Source: an uncultured Gemmatimonadales bacterium
GTDB lineage: Bacteria; Gemmatimonadota; Gemmatimonadetes; Longimicrobiales; Gaopeijiaceae
Reading direction: 5' to 3'
DNA: 64,000 nucleotides
Assembly: GCA_963809895.1 (NCBI GenBank)
Contig: CAWELD010000003.1
Location: 2,784,001 to 2,848,000, forward strand
Part shown: piece by piece, positions 1 through 11,866 of the stretch
Position numbering within the stretch: the stretch's first letter is position 1
How the letters are laid out: each line of letters begins with the position of its first letter
Position numbers and translations under genes: made by a program
Notes under the pieces: generated by a model
What the model saw: the letters and a program-made list of their open reading frames with translations, nothing else
Database searches by the model: none
What the model was told of the DNA's origin: nothing

Positions 1-74
1 CGCCGTTCGCGCATCTGATACGACGCGCCGGACCCCGCGTTGCTCCCCCCGGGCCGGGGCGTTTTCTTCTGCAC

Positions 75-1856
75 ATGGATCTCTCTGTACCCGCGGCCGC
101 GCTCTCGGAGCTGGCAGCCGCCTATCTGCAGGCCACCATCACCGTCGCCCTGGCGGGGATGTGCGCCTACCTCTACCGCCGCTACGGCAAGCCCTACTTC
201 CAGGCCTGGGCGCTGGCCTGGATGGTCTACGCGCTGCGCATGGGCGCCATCATCTCCTTCATGCACACCGAGGCGTCGGCGTGGCTCTACTGGCACCAGG
301 TGTTCACCGGGTGGACCGCATTGGCCTTCCTGTGGGCGGCGCTGGTGTTCTGGCGGCGCCTGCCGTGGCGGCGGGCCTACGGGCTCTACATCCTCTTTCC
401 GCCGCTGTGGTCCTACGTCGCCATCTACCGGCTCGACAACTTCTTCCTGGCGGCCGGGCCCGCGGTGCTCTTCCTGAGCGCCGCCACAGCGGCCATGGGC
501 TGGGCCTTCATCCGCTATCACCGGGAGACCGGCTCCGCGGCGGCCCGCCTGGTGGCGGTGGCGGTCTTCCTGTGGGCCGTGCACCACCTGGACTACCCCT
601 TCCTGCGCGCCCGGGGCGTCTGGAATCCCTGGGGATACTACCTGGACCTCCTCTTCGAGCTGGCGCTGGGCACCGGCATCCTGCTCCTGGTCCAGGAGGA
701 TCTGGACGAGGGATTGCGGGCCCTGTCCACCCTGTCGGCGGAGCTCCAACCCCGGAGCCGCACCGAGAACCTTCCGGTGGCGCTGCTGGACCGGGCGCTC
801 ACGCTGCGTGCCGTGCGGGGGAGCGCGCTGTTCCTGGGCAAGCCGGTGGACGGTCCGGCCGTCGCCGCGGCGGGAGACTGCGCACCATGGATCTCAGCGC
901 CTCCGCCCAGCGGTGTGCGCGAGGTGCTGCGGCGGGTGGTGGGCTCCGGAGCGCCCCAGGTCGCCTCGGGCGTGCACGGTGGCCCCGCGGGTCCGGACCT
1001 GGGGGGACACGCCTACCTGGCGGCGCTTCCGGTCCTGAAGGGCGAGGCGGTGGCGGGCGCCCTGGTCGTGGTGGGCGAAGCGCGCGATCCGTTCACGGCG
1101 CTCGACACACCGTTCCTGGTTGCGCTCGGCCAGCAGGTCGGCGCGGCGCTGGAGAACGCCGACCTCACCCGGCGCCTGGCCGACCGGACCGCCGACCTGG
1201 AGCGGCTGCAGGCCCAGCTGTTGCGCCGCCACGAGGAGGAGCGCAAGCGCATCTCGCGCGAGCTTCACGACGAGACCGCCCAGGTGCTGGCGGCCGTGAG
1301 CCTCCAGCTGGGCGTCCTCCAGGAACAGGGCTCGCCGGAGCTGGCGGCCTCGCTGGACCGCGCCCGCAGCCTGCTGGGCGAAGGCATCCGTACCATCCGC
1401 AGCGTCACCCGCAATCTCCGCCCCGTCGCCCTCGACGACCTCGGACTCCTGCCCGCGCTGCGCGCGCTGTCCCGCGATCTGGGCGGGGGCGAGGACTCGA
1501 CCCTGGACGTCTCGTTCCGGGCGCCGACGCAGCTGCCGCCGGTGCAGCCCGAGGCCGAGCTCGCCCTCTACAGGGCGGTGCAGGAAGGTCTGGCGAACGC
1601 GGTGCGCCACGGCAACGCCAGCCAGGTCGAGGTCGGTGTCGAGGTGCGGGACCGAGGGATCGGGCTCCGGGTGGACGACGACGGTCTCGGGTATCCTCAG
1701 GGTCTCGTGGACGGCAGCGGAAAGCGGCAGTCCGGTCTGGCAGGCATTCGCGAGCGAGTCATGGCCGTGGGCGGATTCATGACCCTGGGGCAAGCCGACC
1801 TGGGAGGAGCGCGCATGGAGATCTGGATTCCGGCGAACGAGGAGGGTGAGGGATGA
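75..1856 (+). CDS. Sensor histidine kinase (multi-TM sensor, GAF-like domain, HisKA_3, HATPase_c)
   Basis: About 7 N-terminal TM helices; H-box ERKRISRELHDE; N-box QEGLANAVRH; DDGLG and GLAGIRER; overlaps the response regulator (ATGA). Confidence 0.93.
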   Translation: MDLSVPAAALSELAAAYLQATITVALAGMCAYLYRRYGKPYFQAWALAWMVYALRMGAIISFMHTEASAWLYWHQVFTGWTALAFLWAALVFWRRLPWRRAYGLYILFPPLWSYVAIYRLDNFFLAAGPAVLFLSAATAAMGWAFIRYHRETGSAAARLVAVAVFLWAVHHLDYPFLRARGVWNPWGYYLDLLFELALGTGILLLVQEDLDEGLRALSTLSAELQPRSRTENLPVALLDRALTLRAVRGSALFLGKPVDGPAVAAAGDCAPWISAPPPSGVREVLRRVVGSGAPQVASGVHGGPAGPDLGGHAYLAALPVLKGEAVAGALVVVGEARDPFTALDTPFLVALGQQVGAALENADLTRRLADRTADLERLQAQLLRRHEEERKRISRELHDETAQVLAAVSLQLGVLQEQGSPELAASLDRARSLLGEGIRTIRSVTRNLRPVALDDLGLLPALRALSRDLGGGEDSTLDVSFRAPTQLPPVQPEAELALYRAVQEGLANAVRHGNASQVEVGVEVRDRGIGLRVDDDGLGYPQGLVDGSGKRQSGLAGIRERVMAVGGFMTLGQADLGGARMEIWIPANEEGEG

Positions 1857-2527
1857 GTGACGAGACGATCCGTGTGGTGGTGGCCGACGACCACGCCATC
1901 GTGCGCGAGGGAATCCGGCACGTGCTGGAGCGTATGCCGAACCTCCAGGTGGTGGCGGAGGCGGCCGACGGCGAGGAGGTGCTGGCCCTGGTCGAGGAGC
2001 ACGCGCCCGACGTGGTGGTGCTGGACGTCACCATGCCGGGCCTCACCGGCCTCGAGGTGACCCGCCTGTTGCGCGAGCGGGAAGACGGCATGGGCATCCT
2101 CATTCTCAGCATGCACGACAACCCGGAGTACGTGCTCGAGGCGGTGCGGGCGGGAGCCGACGGGTACGTGCTCAAGGACGCCGGGCCAGCGGAGCTGCGG
2201 AGCGCCGTCCAGGCCGCCCACGCGGGCAAGGAGTATCTGAGCGAGCGTGTGACCCACCAGCTCTCGGTGGCGCTCCGGGCGGAGCTCGAGCAGGAGCAGC
2301 GGCGCACCCGCCTGGACCAGCTCACCCCCCGCGAGCGGGAGGTCCTGCTCGAGGTCTCACGTGGGCGCACGAGCAAGGAGATCGCCGAGGATTTCGGCAT
2401 CAGCCATCGCACGGTGGAGACGCACCGCGAGCGCGTGATGTCCAAGCTCCGCATCCGCTCGGTGGCGGGCCTGACGCGCTTCGTGCTGGAGAGCGGACTG
2501 GCCGAACAGCCCGACGAGACTCCGTAG
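1853..2527 (+). CDS. NarL/LuxR-family response regulator
   Basis: Receiver motifs ADDH, VLD, GYVLK; C-terminal HTH LTPREREVL...ISHRTVETHR. Confidence 0.96.
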   Translation: MSDETIRVVVADDHAIVREGIRHVLERMPNLQVVAEAADGEEVLALVEEHAPDVVVLDVTMPGLTGLEVTRLLREREDGMGILILSMHDNPEYVLEAVRAGADGYVLKDAGPAELRSAVQAAHAGKEYLSERVTHQLSVALRAELEQEQRRTRLDQLTPREREVLLEVSRGRTSKEIAEDFGISHRTVETHRERVMSKLRIRSVAGLTRFVLESGLAEQPDETP

Positions 2528-2588
2528 ATCTACGGAGGGCGAATTGGGTACACTCCCGACTTACGCGCGATATCGCGCACCTTAAGGT
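2520..2588. promoter_or_regulatory. Cluster of perfect palindromes upstream of the TonB receptor (candidate regulator binding sites)
   Basis: CTCCGTAGATCTACGGAG (2520-2537), GCGCGATATCGCGC (2565-2578), ACCTTAAGGT (2579-2588). Confidence 0.45.
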
Positions 2589-2642
2589 TTCTCTGGGGGC
2601 CCGGACGAACGGGCACTGCATCCACACCAACCCCAGGAACCG

Positions 2643-4822
<2,180 letters not shown>

Positions 4823-4823
<1 letters not shown>

Positions 4824-5545
4824 TGCGCGACCCGGTGCAGTTCATCCCCATCGCCACCACGATCGTCGCCTTCCTCTTCGCGCCGGTGGTCTTCCGCCGC
4901 TGGCGCCAGAGGAAGTCCGGCCCTCATCTGCTCTGGTGGGCCGCCGGCATCGCCCTCTACGGCGTGGGAACCTTCACCGAATCCTGGACGACGCTGTTCG
5001 GCTGGAACGTGTGGGTGTTCCGGAGCTGGTACGTCTCCGGTGCGCTCCTGGGCGGGGCTCCCCTGGCGCAGGGGACGGTCTATCTGCTCTTCTCGCGCAA
5101 GGTGGCCGACCGCATGGCGGCCGGACTCATCACCGCTGTCGCCATCGCGACGGTGGTCGTCTTCCTGAGCCCGATCCAGTACGAGCTCGTGGAGGCGCAC
5201 CACCTGACCGGGCGCGTCATGCTCTGGCAGCAGGCGCGGCTCTTCAGCCCGTTCATCAACACCTACGCCTTCATCTTCCTGGTGGGCGGGGCGGCCTGGT
5301 CGGCGTGGAAGTTCCGCGGCGACGCCAGCGCACGACACCGGGTGCTGGGCAACATCTACATCACGGTGGGAGCCCTGTTGCCGGGCATCGGGGGGATGGC
5401 CACCCGCTTCGGGCACACCGAGGTGCTCTACGTGATGGAGTTCATCGGCCTGATCCTCATCTGGGTCGGCTACCGGTACAACGTAGGCGGCATGCGCCGC
5501 GGGGCGCCCAAGGTCGCCGGATCCCAGGCGGAGGCCACGGCCTGA
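4823..5545 (+). CDS. Conserved-looking integral membrane protein (about 7 TM), function unknown
   Basis: Translationally coupled to the receptor (TGATG); multiple hydrophobic helices; typical codon usage. Confidence 0.8.
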
Positions 5546-5577
5546 CGGGATCTGCCCTGCGACGAACCGAACCGTCA

Positions 5578-5610
5578 GCGGCCCGGGGGCGAGTACCGCC
5601 TCCGGGCCGC
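5578..5610. terminator. GC-rich hairpin between convergent genes
   Basis: GCGGCCCGGGGGCG...CGCCTCCGGGCCGC stem; no T-tract. Confidence 0.45.
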
Positions 5611-5638
5611 GTCGCGTTCCAGCGAGTCGTTCCAGCCC

Positions 5639-7825
5639 TCAGCGGCTGGAAACGTAGGGGCGGCCCGCACGGTAGAGCGCCAAGCGCCCCTCCATCGCTC
5701 CGGCGAGGGTCCCGTTCCCAGCCTCCCGCGCAGCCTGGAGTCCCTCCTCCGCCAGCGCCACGGCCCGGTCGAAACGCCCAGCCGCGGCATAGGCGGCGGC
5801 CTGCACGTCGGCCACGGAGGGAGCCAGTCCCGTGCTGGCCCGGATCTGGTCGGCCAATCCGCCCGCGATCTCGGGCCTCCGCACCGCCGGATCCGGATCG
5901 GTAGCCAGCGACCAGGCCACGGCCAACGCCGCCTGCACGTTGCCACCGTCCTGCGCGAGGCCCGCGTTCAGCTCCCGGAGAGCCTCTTCCGCCCTGCCGA
6001 GCTGGACGAGCGTCAGCGCCAGGTTGAAGTACGCCTCGGGAAAGCTGTCCCGGACCTCCAACGCCTGTCGGAAACGCGGCTCCGCCTGGGCCGGCAGGTC
6101 CAGGTCCTTGAGGACGCTGCCCAGGTTGTTGAGCGCCTCGGCCGAGGAGGAGTCGGCCTCAACCGCGCGCGCCAGGCTGCGCCTCGCGCCCGTCAGATCT
6201 CCGCGGCTCGCCTGCATGCGGCCCAGGGCGCTCCATGCAGGCGCGAAATCCGGCAGGGCCTCGGTGGCCAACCGGTAATGGCGGAAGGCCTCGTCGGGCC
6301 GGCTCTGGTCCTCCAGGAGCAGGCCCAGGTTGTAGTGGGCCTGGGCGAAATCCGGGCGCGCCTCGATGGCTCGCTCGTAGTGGCGGGCGGCGGCGTAGGG
6401 CTCGCCCCGGGCCTGGTCCACGGTGCCCAGGCCGTAGTGCGCATCGGCGTCCATGGAATCCAACGCGACCAGATGCTCCCACCCCTGCACCTTGTCGTGG
6501 ATGTCCTTTTCCGCCAGCACGCCGGCCAGACCCGGCAGATCCGCGGGGTCGTCGGGCACGACCTGCAGCCAGAACTCCGCCATCTCATCGCTGGACGTGG
6601 GGCCGTACACCACCCGCACGGGCGGGTGGCTCGGATTGTGGGGATTCCCTGCGGAGTTGTCGAACGTCCAGCGCAGGTCGAGGCGTGTGCCCGCCGGTAA
6701 CGCCACCGGCTCCTGGTATCGGTAGGCGTCCTGCCAGTTGAAGTCCCACTCGGGGATCGTCATGAGCGAGAAGGCGTCACCGCCCGGGGGGCGCGCCGTG
6801 ACCGTGAGGTGCCGGCCCAGGTAGTGCGCATGCGGATAGGCGCCCACGGCGTGGACGTCCACCGGCAGCACGATGGAGTCGTCCACGGCGTAGGCCGAGT
6901 CGCCGGGTGGTATGTCCATGGTCTGCCCGCCCAGGCGAACGATGAGCGGAGTCTGTTCCGGCGGCTGGTCCGTGAAGTAGAGTCCCACCCTGGCCGACAC
7001 CAGTTCCGGCTGACCCGTGGGACGCAGATGGAACTGGACGATGAAGTCCGAGCCGGGCTGCAGCTGCCATCCCATGCCGTCCGGGAAGGGCCGCGGGACC
7101 CTGCCGGGCGTCCATCCCAGGAAGAAGCCCCCCGGAAGGCGTGCCTCCGTGCGCGAGAACATCTCGTCGAACCCCGGGAGCGAGTCCTGGGCATCGGCCA
7201 GGCGCGACGAGGGCGTGTCGTCCACGCGCATGGTGGCGTGGTGGACCACCCGTGGATTGTCCGGGCGCAGCTCAACCGCCCGCACCCAGCGCGGCCGGTC
7301 GGAGGTGACGGGGAGCACGAAGTTGCGGAACAGGTCGCGCCCTCCCGCGGGAACCGGAAACGTGTCGTTCATGGTCAGCACCAGATCCGGCTCCCCCAAC
7401 GCCCAGCCACTGGGCCAGCTCGGAGGCGCGGGTTCCGTGGTGGAATCGCCCCGGGGCGCCCCGGCCTCGGCCCAGGCCACCAGCGTCGCGATCTGGTCGT
7501 CGGACAGGCGCCGCTCAGCCGCGAAGGCCGGTCCCACGTGCGAGGGCAACCAGGGTGGCATGCGGCGCTCCGACACCGCGGCCGCCACCTGCTCCGCGAC
7601 GGCGGCGGCGTCCTGATAGGTCAGCAGCGCGAAGGGCGCCGGGCCCTCGGGCCGATGACAGGACGCGCAGTTCTCGTCCAGCACGGTGGCCACGTCAGCG
7701 GCGTAGGTGGGAGGCCCGGAATGGCAGGCGGCCACCGTGACGAGCGTGACGGCGGGCGGGAGCATGCGGGCGAGAACCGGGGATCGAACGCCGGGGCGGA
7801 CGCGCAAGCGGCGTGGGGAAAGCAT
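5639..7825 (-). CDS. Lipoprotein with heme c, copper type II (PHM/DBH-like) monooxygenase domains and C-terminal TPRs
   Basis: Lipobox VAAC; CASCH; VVHH and QFH; YPHAH and DEMA; repeated TPR patterns (AHYNLG, ALNNLG, AYFNLA). Confidence 0.82.
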   Translation of the reverse strand: MLSPRRLRVRPGVRSPVLARMLPPAVTLVTVAACHSGPPTYAADVATVLDENCASCHRPEGPAPFALLTYQDAAAVAEQVAAAVSERRMPPWLPSHVGPAFAAERRLSDDQIATLVAWAEAGAPRGDSTTEPAPPSWPSGWALGEPDLVLTMNDTFPVPAGGRDLFRNFVLPVTSDRPRWVRAVELRPDNPRVVHHATMRVDDTPSSRLADAQDSLPGFDEMFSRTEARLPGGFFLGWTPGRVPRPFPDGMGWQLQPGSDFIVQFHLRPTGQPELVSARVGLYFTDQPPEQTPLIVRLGGQTMDIPPGDSAYAVDDSIVLPVDVHAVGAYPHAHYLGRHLTVTARPPGGDAFSLMTIPEWDFNWQDAYRYQEPVALPAGTRLDLRWTFDNSAGNPHNPSHPPVRVVYGPTSSDEMAEFWLQVVPDDPADLPGLAGVLAEKDIHDKVQGWEHLVALDSMDADAHYGLGTVDQARGEPYAAARHYERAIEARPDFAQAHYNLGLLLEDQSRPDEAFRHYRLATEALPDFAPAWSALGRMQASRGDLTGARRSLARAVEADSSSAEALNNLGSVLKDLDLPAQAEPRFRQALEVRDSFPEAYFNLALTLVQLGRAEEALRELNAGLAQDGGNVQAALAVAWSLATDPDPAVRRPEIAGGLADQIRASTGLAPSVADVQAAAYAAAGRFDRAVALAEEGLQAAREAGNGTLAGAMEGRLALYRAGRPYVSSR

Positions 7826-7888
7826 GAGGGTACTGCCGGCGAGAAGGCGGGAAGGCTACTTCACCCTCCCTGGACCCCCCATCCCCGG

Positions 7889-8902
7889 TCAGTGTTGCAC
7901 GGCCGCTTCCCAGACCCGGTACGGTCCCTCGTCGGCCACCACCTCCACACGCCGGAAGTCCGACGCCAGAAGCGCCTCCACCGGTAGCCGCCGCTGGACC
8001 ACGAAGCGGAGCACGCCCCGGCCGGCCAGGGCCGCGCGGCTCCCGGCCACCAACGCCTCGACCTCCGCCAGCGTCTCCCGCTTTCCCTGGTGATAGGGGG
8101 GATTGGAGACGATGGCATCGAAACGTCCCGCCGGGGCGTCGGCCCATCCCGCTCCCACCACCACCGTGCCCGCGGGTACGTTCTCGCGCGCGGCCTCGGC
8201 GGCCACCGCGTCGGGTTCCAGCAGGACCACCTCGCTCGCCGGCGACGCATGCAGAACACCCGCGGCCAGGATGCCCGTACCGGCACCGTAGTCCAGGACG
8301 CGAGCGTCATCGCGCAGCGGGGGCAGATTCCGCAGGAGGAGGGCCGTGCCCGCGTCGAGGCGGCCGTGGGCGAACGCCCCCGGATACGAGACCCACCTGG
8401 CGCGGCCCCACGGCGTGTCCAGCTCGAAGACCCCGCGCCAGTCCCGGAGGGCGTCCCGGAGGTCAGGAACCACCTCGGGACGCCGGGCCTCGAGCAGACG
8501 GGCATGGCCGCCCACGGCCAGCGTGGCCACCCGACCCAGCAGCGGCTCAACTCGACGTGCCGCGGATCGGATCCCCTCGTCCTTGGCGCCGTAGAGCCAG
8601 ATCCGACCGCCGGGCCGCACGACGGAGGCCGCCGCGTGCAGGGCCATCTCCATCTCGTCCTTGGCCTTCGGCAGGCGGATGGCGGCCAGTTCGAACGGAC
8701 CCGGGGGTGGCCAGGGTGCGCCGATGCGACCCGGACCCGCACGGCGGTGCCACGACTCGACGGCGCCGCCGCCCCTTCGCACGGCCTGGGCCAGATCGTC
8801 CTGTGGATCCTCGACGACGAGCACGGCGCCCTGCGGCGGCGCCGCCTCGAGCTCGGCCAGCGCCAGCGCCACCGCCGCCTCGTCGCGGGAGATCCGTGCC
8901 AT
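7889..8902 (-). CDS. rsmC: Class I SAM-dependent methyltransferase, 16S rRNA m2G1207 (RsmC)-like
   Basis: PGAFAHGRLDAGT; VLDYGAGTG; NPPYH; N-terminal LPKAK motif. Confidence 0.75.
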   Translation of the reverse strand: MARISRDEAAVALALAELEAAPPQGAVLVVEDPQDDLAQAVRRGGGAVESWHRRAGPGRIGAPWPPPGPFELAAIRLPKAKDEMEMALHAAASVVRPGGRIWLYGAKDEGIRSAARRVEPLLGRVATLAVGGHARLLEARRPEVVPDLRDALRDWRGVFELDTPWGRARWVSYPGAFAHGRLDAGTALLLRNLPPLRDDARVLDYGAGTGILAAGVLHASPASEVVLLEPDAVAAEAARENVPAGTVVVGAGWADAPAGRFDAIVSNPPYHQGKRETLAEVEALVAGSRAALAGRGVLRFVVQRRLPVEALLASDFRRVEVVADEGPYRVWEAAVQH

Positions 8903-8952
8903 GCGGTCAGCCTCCCGGCCCGGGAACCGTCGGGGGTTCGACCAACACCGTG

Positions 8953-9873
8953 TCAGGCCGAGAGCCTGTCCCCGCCGGGCACGGGGACGGAAGGTCGTAG
9001 AATCTCGCGGGCGATCCCCGTGAGGTTCGCGAGCTGCGCCACGGCGACGAGGGCGGCGAGCGCCAGGCCCCGCATCCTACCGTGGCGCTTGAACGGATGC
9101 CTGAGCATCCGAATGTAGAAGGAGATGGGCTCGGGACGCGGAATGGGCTGGCCACGCGACTGACGGCGACGCGCCAGATGGACGGCGCCCCTGCCGTAGA
9201 GATGATGCTGGCGCAGGAATCGGCCGGGGCCCATGTGGTGCCTGTGATCGAGAACGGCCTCCGGCACGAATCGGAGCGGACCCACCTGCGCAGCCCAGCG
9301 CTCCGACAGATCCCGGTCTTCGGCGGCGCTGAAGCGAAAGCTCTCGTCGAAGCCCCCCAGGCCCCGGAAGAGCTCCCGGCTCATGGCGATGTTGTTCGAC
9401 GTGAAGAACGGCAGCAGTGCATCTGCTTCGGGAAAATAGCCGTAGAGGAATCCCACCAGCTCCTGGCTCGCTTCGGCGAAGAGATTCTCCCCCAGGGCGT
9501 TGCGGGTAATCCCTCCCACCAACGCGCGGGGCTCCGCGTCCAGCGCGGCGACCAACGTCTTGAGCCAGCCCGCCCGGGGCGCACAATCGTCGTCGGTGAA
9601 CGCCAGGATCTGCCCTGAGGCGCGCTCGGCCCCCAGGTTGCGCGCGCATGCGGGGCCGCGATTGCCCTGCCGAATCACACGCACGGCCAGCTCGCGGCAG
9701 TGCTCGTCGCGGGGTGGTTCCACCGGCATCGGACTGCCGTCGTCGACCACGACGATCTCGAGCCTTTCACGGGGATAGTCCAGCCCCGCCAGTGCACGCA
9801 GGCACGCGTGGAGCGCCTCCTGCCGGCCGAAGGTGGGAATGACCACGGAGACACTGGGCCAGTCCTGCCTCAA
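8953..9873 (-). CDS. Glycosyltransferase family 2
   Basis: SVVIPT; VVVDDGS; GPACARN; FTDDDC; GGFDESF; ED motif. Confidence 0.93.
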   Translation of the reverse strand: MRQDWPSVSVVIPTFGRQEALHACLRALAGLDYPRERLEIVVVDDGSPMPVEPPRDEHCRELAVRVIRQGNRGPACARNLGAERASGQILAFTDDDCAPRAGWLKTLVAALDAEPRALVGGITRNALGENLFAEASQELVGFLYGYFPEADALLPFFTSNNIAMSRELFRGLGGFDESFRFSAAEDRDLSERWAAQVGPLRFVPEAVLDHRHHMGPGRFLRQHHLYGRGAVHLARRRQSRGQPIPRPEPISFYIRMLRHPFKRHGRMRGLALAALVAVAQLANLTGIAREILRPSVPVPGGDRLSA

Positions 9874-10871
9874 AGGGTGTCCTCCGGCAAGAGAGCCAGC
9901 CGGTCACCCAACCACTCCGCGTCGGGAGGCACGCCGGCCAGGCGCCCGCGGATGTGAAACTCGTGCTCCTCGAAGTCGTCGGTGGGAGGCATGTGGGGCC
10001 AGAGGTAGCCGGCCGCCTCCCCCAACCCACCCATCACGCTCGTGAGCGCGAGCATGGGCGTGATCCGCCCGAGCCGTTCCCGTGTATCGAGCAGCTGCCG
10101 TCCGAGACGGCGGAGGTTCCCGAGGCGCATGAGGGCGATGGCCGGCGCCGCGAGCGCGTAGGCCCAACGACGCCCGCGCGGCCATTCCCTGCTGCGTCGT
10201 TGCCCGAAGAGGAGCCCCAGAACGAAGGGGTCTTTCACGCTCCGCGACCAGCGCGACTCGTTCACGTGCCAGTTCACCGCCCCGGGACAGAGCCTGAGCT
10301 CGTGGCCGGCGGCCCGGAGTGCGGCCTGGAGCCGCCACTCGGCGCCCATGAGGTCGGGCAGCTCGTCGCCGAAAGCCTGCAGGAGATCGGTGCGGTAGAC
10401 CGCGTTGTGGTAGGGAAGCGAGTCCCGCGGCTCGGCGTTTCCCGGGGCTCCCGCGTGTCCGTAGGCCACGAGGTACATGGCCAGGCTGCGCGCAGTCTCG
10501 GGGTTCGCCGAGCGCATGACCGGCGCCACACCCGCCACCGGGTCGTCGAAGCACTCCAGAATACGCTCCAGGGCGTCGGCTTCCGGAAAGGCGTGGTTCT
10601 CGGAGGTGCCCACGAAGGGGGCGCGCGCCTGGAGCACGCCCTGCGCCGCCGCCGTGCCCCGATTCTCGACGCGGTCGACTTCGATGACTCGAAAGGAGTG
10701 GAAGCCGCCGACTTCCGGTGGCGGCGGCTGGGCGCCGTGACCTCGGGCCAGCACCACGATCACCTCCATGGACTCCGCGACCGTCTGATCGGCGAGGTTG
10801 GCGAGGACCGGGCGGCCCTCGGGCAGCCCGCTCCTGAGCGCCAGCACCGTGGTGAGCCGGGGCTCGCTCAT
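9870..10871 (-). CDS. Divergent GT2/GT-A-fold glycosyltransferase-like protein
   Basis: GT-A layout with SENH in place of DxD; paralog of the upstream gene; overlaps both neighbours. Confidence 0.7.
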   Translation of the reverse strand: MSEPRLTTVLALRSGLPEGRPVLANLADQTVAESMEVIVVLARGHGAQPPPPEVGGFHSFRVIEVDRVENRGTAAAQGVLQARAPFVGTSENHAFPEADALERILECFDDPVAGVAPVMRSANPETARSLAMYLVAYGHAGAPGNAEPRDSLPYHNAVYRTDLLQAFGDELPDLMGAEWRLQAALRAAGHELRLCPGAVNWHVNESRWSRSVKDPFVLGLLFGQRRSREWPRGRRWAYALAAPAIALMRLGNLRRLGRQLLDTRERLGRITPMLALTSVMGGLGEAAGYLWPHMPPTDDFEEHEFHIRGRLAGVPPDAEWLGDRLALLPEDTL

Positions 10872-11866
10872 GGCGTGTCCAGCCGGGCCACGAGGGCAGC
10901 GATCCTGGCATCGCCGAGAGCACGCCCCCCCAGACGTTCACGGATAAAGAACTCCTCGTCCTCCACGAAGGGAAAGCTCGCCCGCGCGCCGGCCACATAG
11001 GACACGGCTTCGCCGAGCGCGTGGAGGGCGGCCCAGCCCCAGATGGTGGCCCACAAGCGCACACCCCGTTCCTTCAGCTCGCCGGGGGCGGTCTTGCCCA
11101 TGAGGTTCGCCGTGATGGGGATGGTGAGCAGGGGCGCCGCCGCGGCGTACGCCAGGCGCTTCGGCAACCCCCAGTCGCTCGCGCGATACCCTCCGTACCG
11201 CCTCCCGCTGGAGTAGGCCAGGCCACGAAACAGGAACCAGGTGGCTTCGTTGATGTGCCGCTTGCGGGGTCGAGGATCGAAGCGCAGCTCCAGGCCTCGC
11301 TGCCGCAACGCACCCTGAAGGAGGCGCTCATCGGCGAGCACACGGCCGAGATCCTCGCCGAAGTCCTGGAGGACGTCCTTGCGATAGGAGCTGTTGTGCA
11401 GGGGCAGCTCCTCGCGGGCCTCGGCAGGCATGGAAGGATGGAAGGGTCCGTAGCCCGCCGCCATGAGGGCAACGCTCAGCAGGGTCTCGGGGTTGGCGTT
11501 GAGGACCGCCGGACCCACGCCGACCCACGGGCCGTCGTGCGCGTCCAGGACCTTCTGCGCCCAATCGGGATCGGGAAAGCAGTGGTTCTCGCTCAACGCC
11601 ACGATAGGTGCAGTCGCCACGTCCACGCCCAGCGCAGCCGCCGCGCCTCGAACTTCGATGGGTCCCGCTTCCACGACCCGGCAGGAGTGGAGGGCGCTCA
11701 CGTCGCCAGCCCCCGGCGCCCCGGCGTCGGCGCTGGGCGCGACCACGACCAGCTCGATGCTCGACGCGATGGTCTGTTCCTCCAGGGCGGCCACGAGCGG
11801 ACGGAGCGTCCGGAAGGTGTCTCGTGTCACCGCCACGACGGACAGGCGCGGAGAGGTCTCGGGCAT
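10868..11866 (-). CDS. Divergent GT2/GT-A-fold glycosyltransferase-like protein
   Basis: Start MPETSPRLSVVAVT at 11866 (the longer ORF in the track is an extension); SENHC motif; paralog of 9870-10871. Confidence 0.72.
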   Translation of the reverse strand: MPETSPRLSVVAVTRDTFRTLRPLVAALEEQTIASSIELVVVAPSADAGAPGAGDVSALHSCRVVEAGPIEVRGAAAALGVDVATAPIVALSENHCFPDPDWAQKVLDAHDGPWVGVGPAVLNANPETLLSVALMAAGYGPFHPSMPAEAREELPLHNSSYRKDVLQDFGEDLGRVLADERLLQGALRQRGLELRFDPRPRKRHINEATWFLFRGLAYSSGRRYGGYRASDWGLPKRLAYAAAAPLLTIPITANLMGKTAPGELKERGVRLWATIWGWAALHALGEAVSYVAGARASFPFVEDEEFFIRERLGGRALGDARIAALVARLDTP

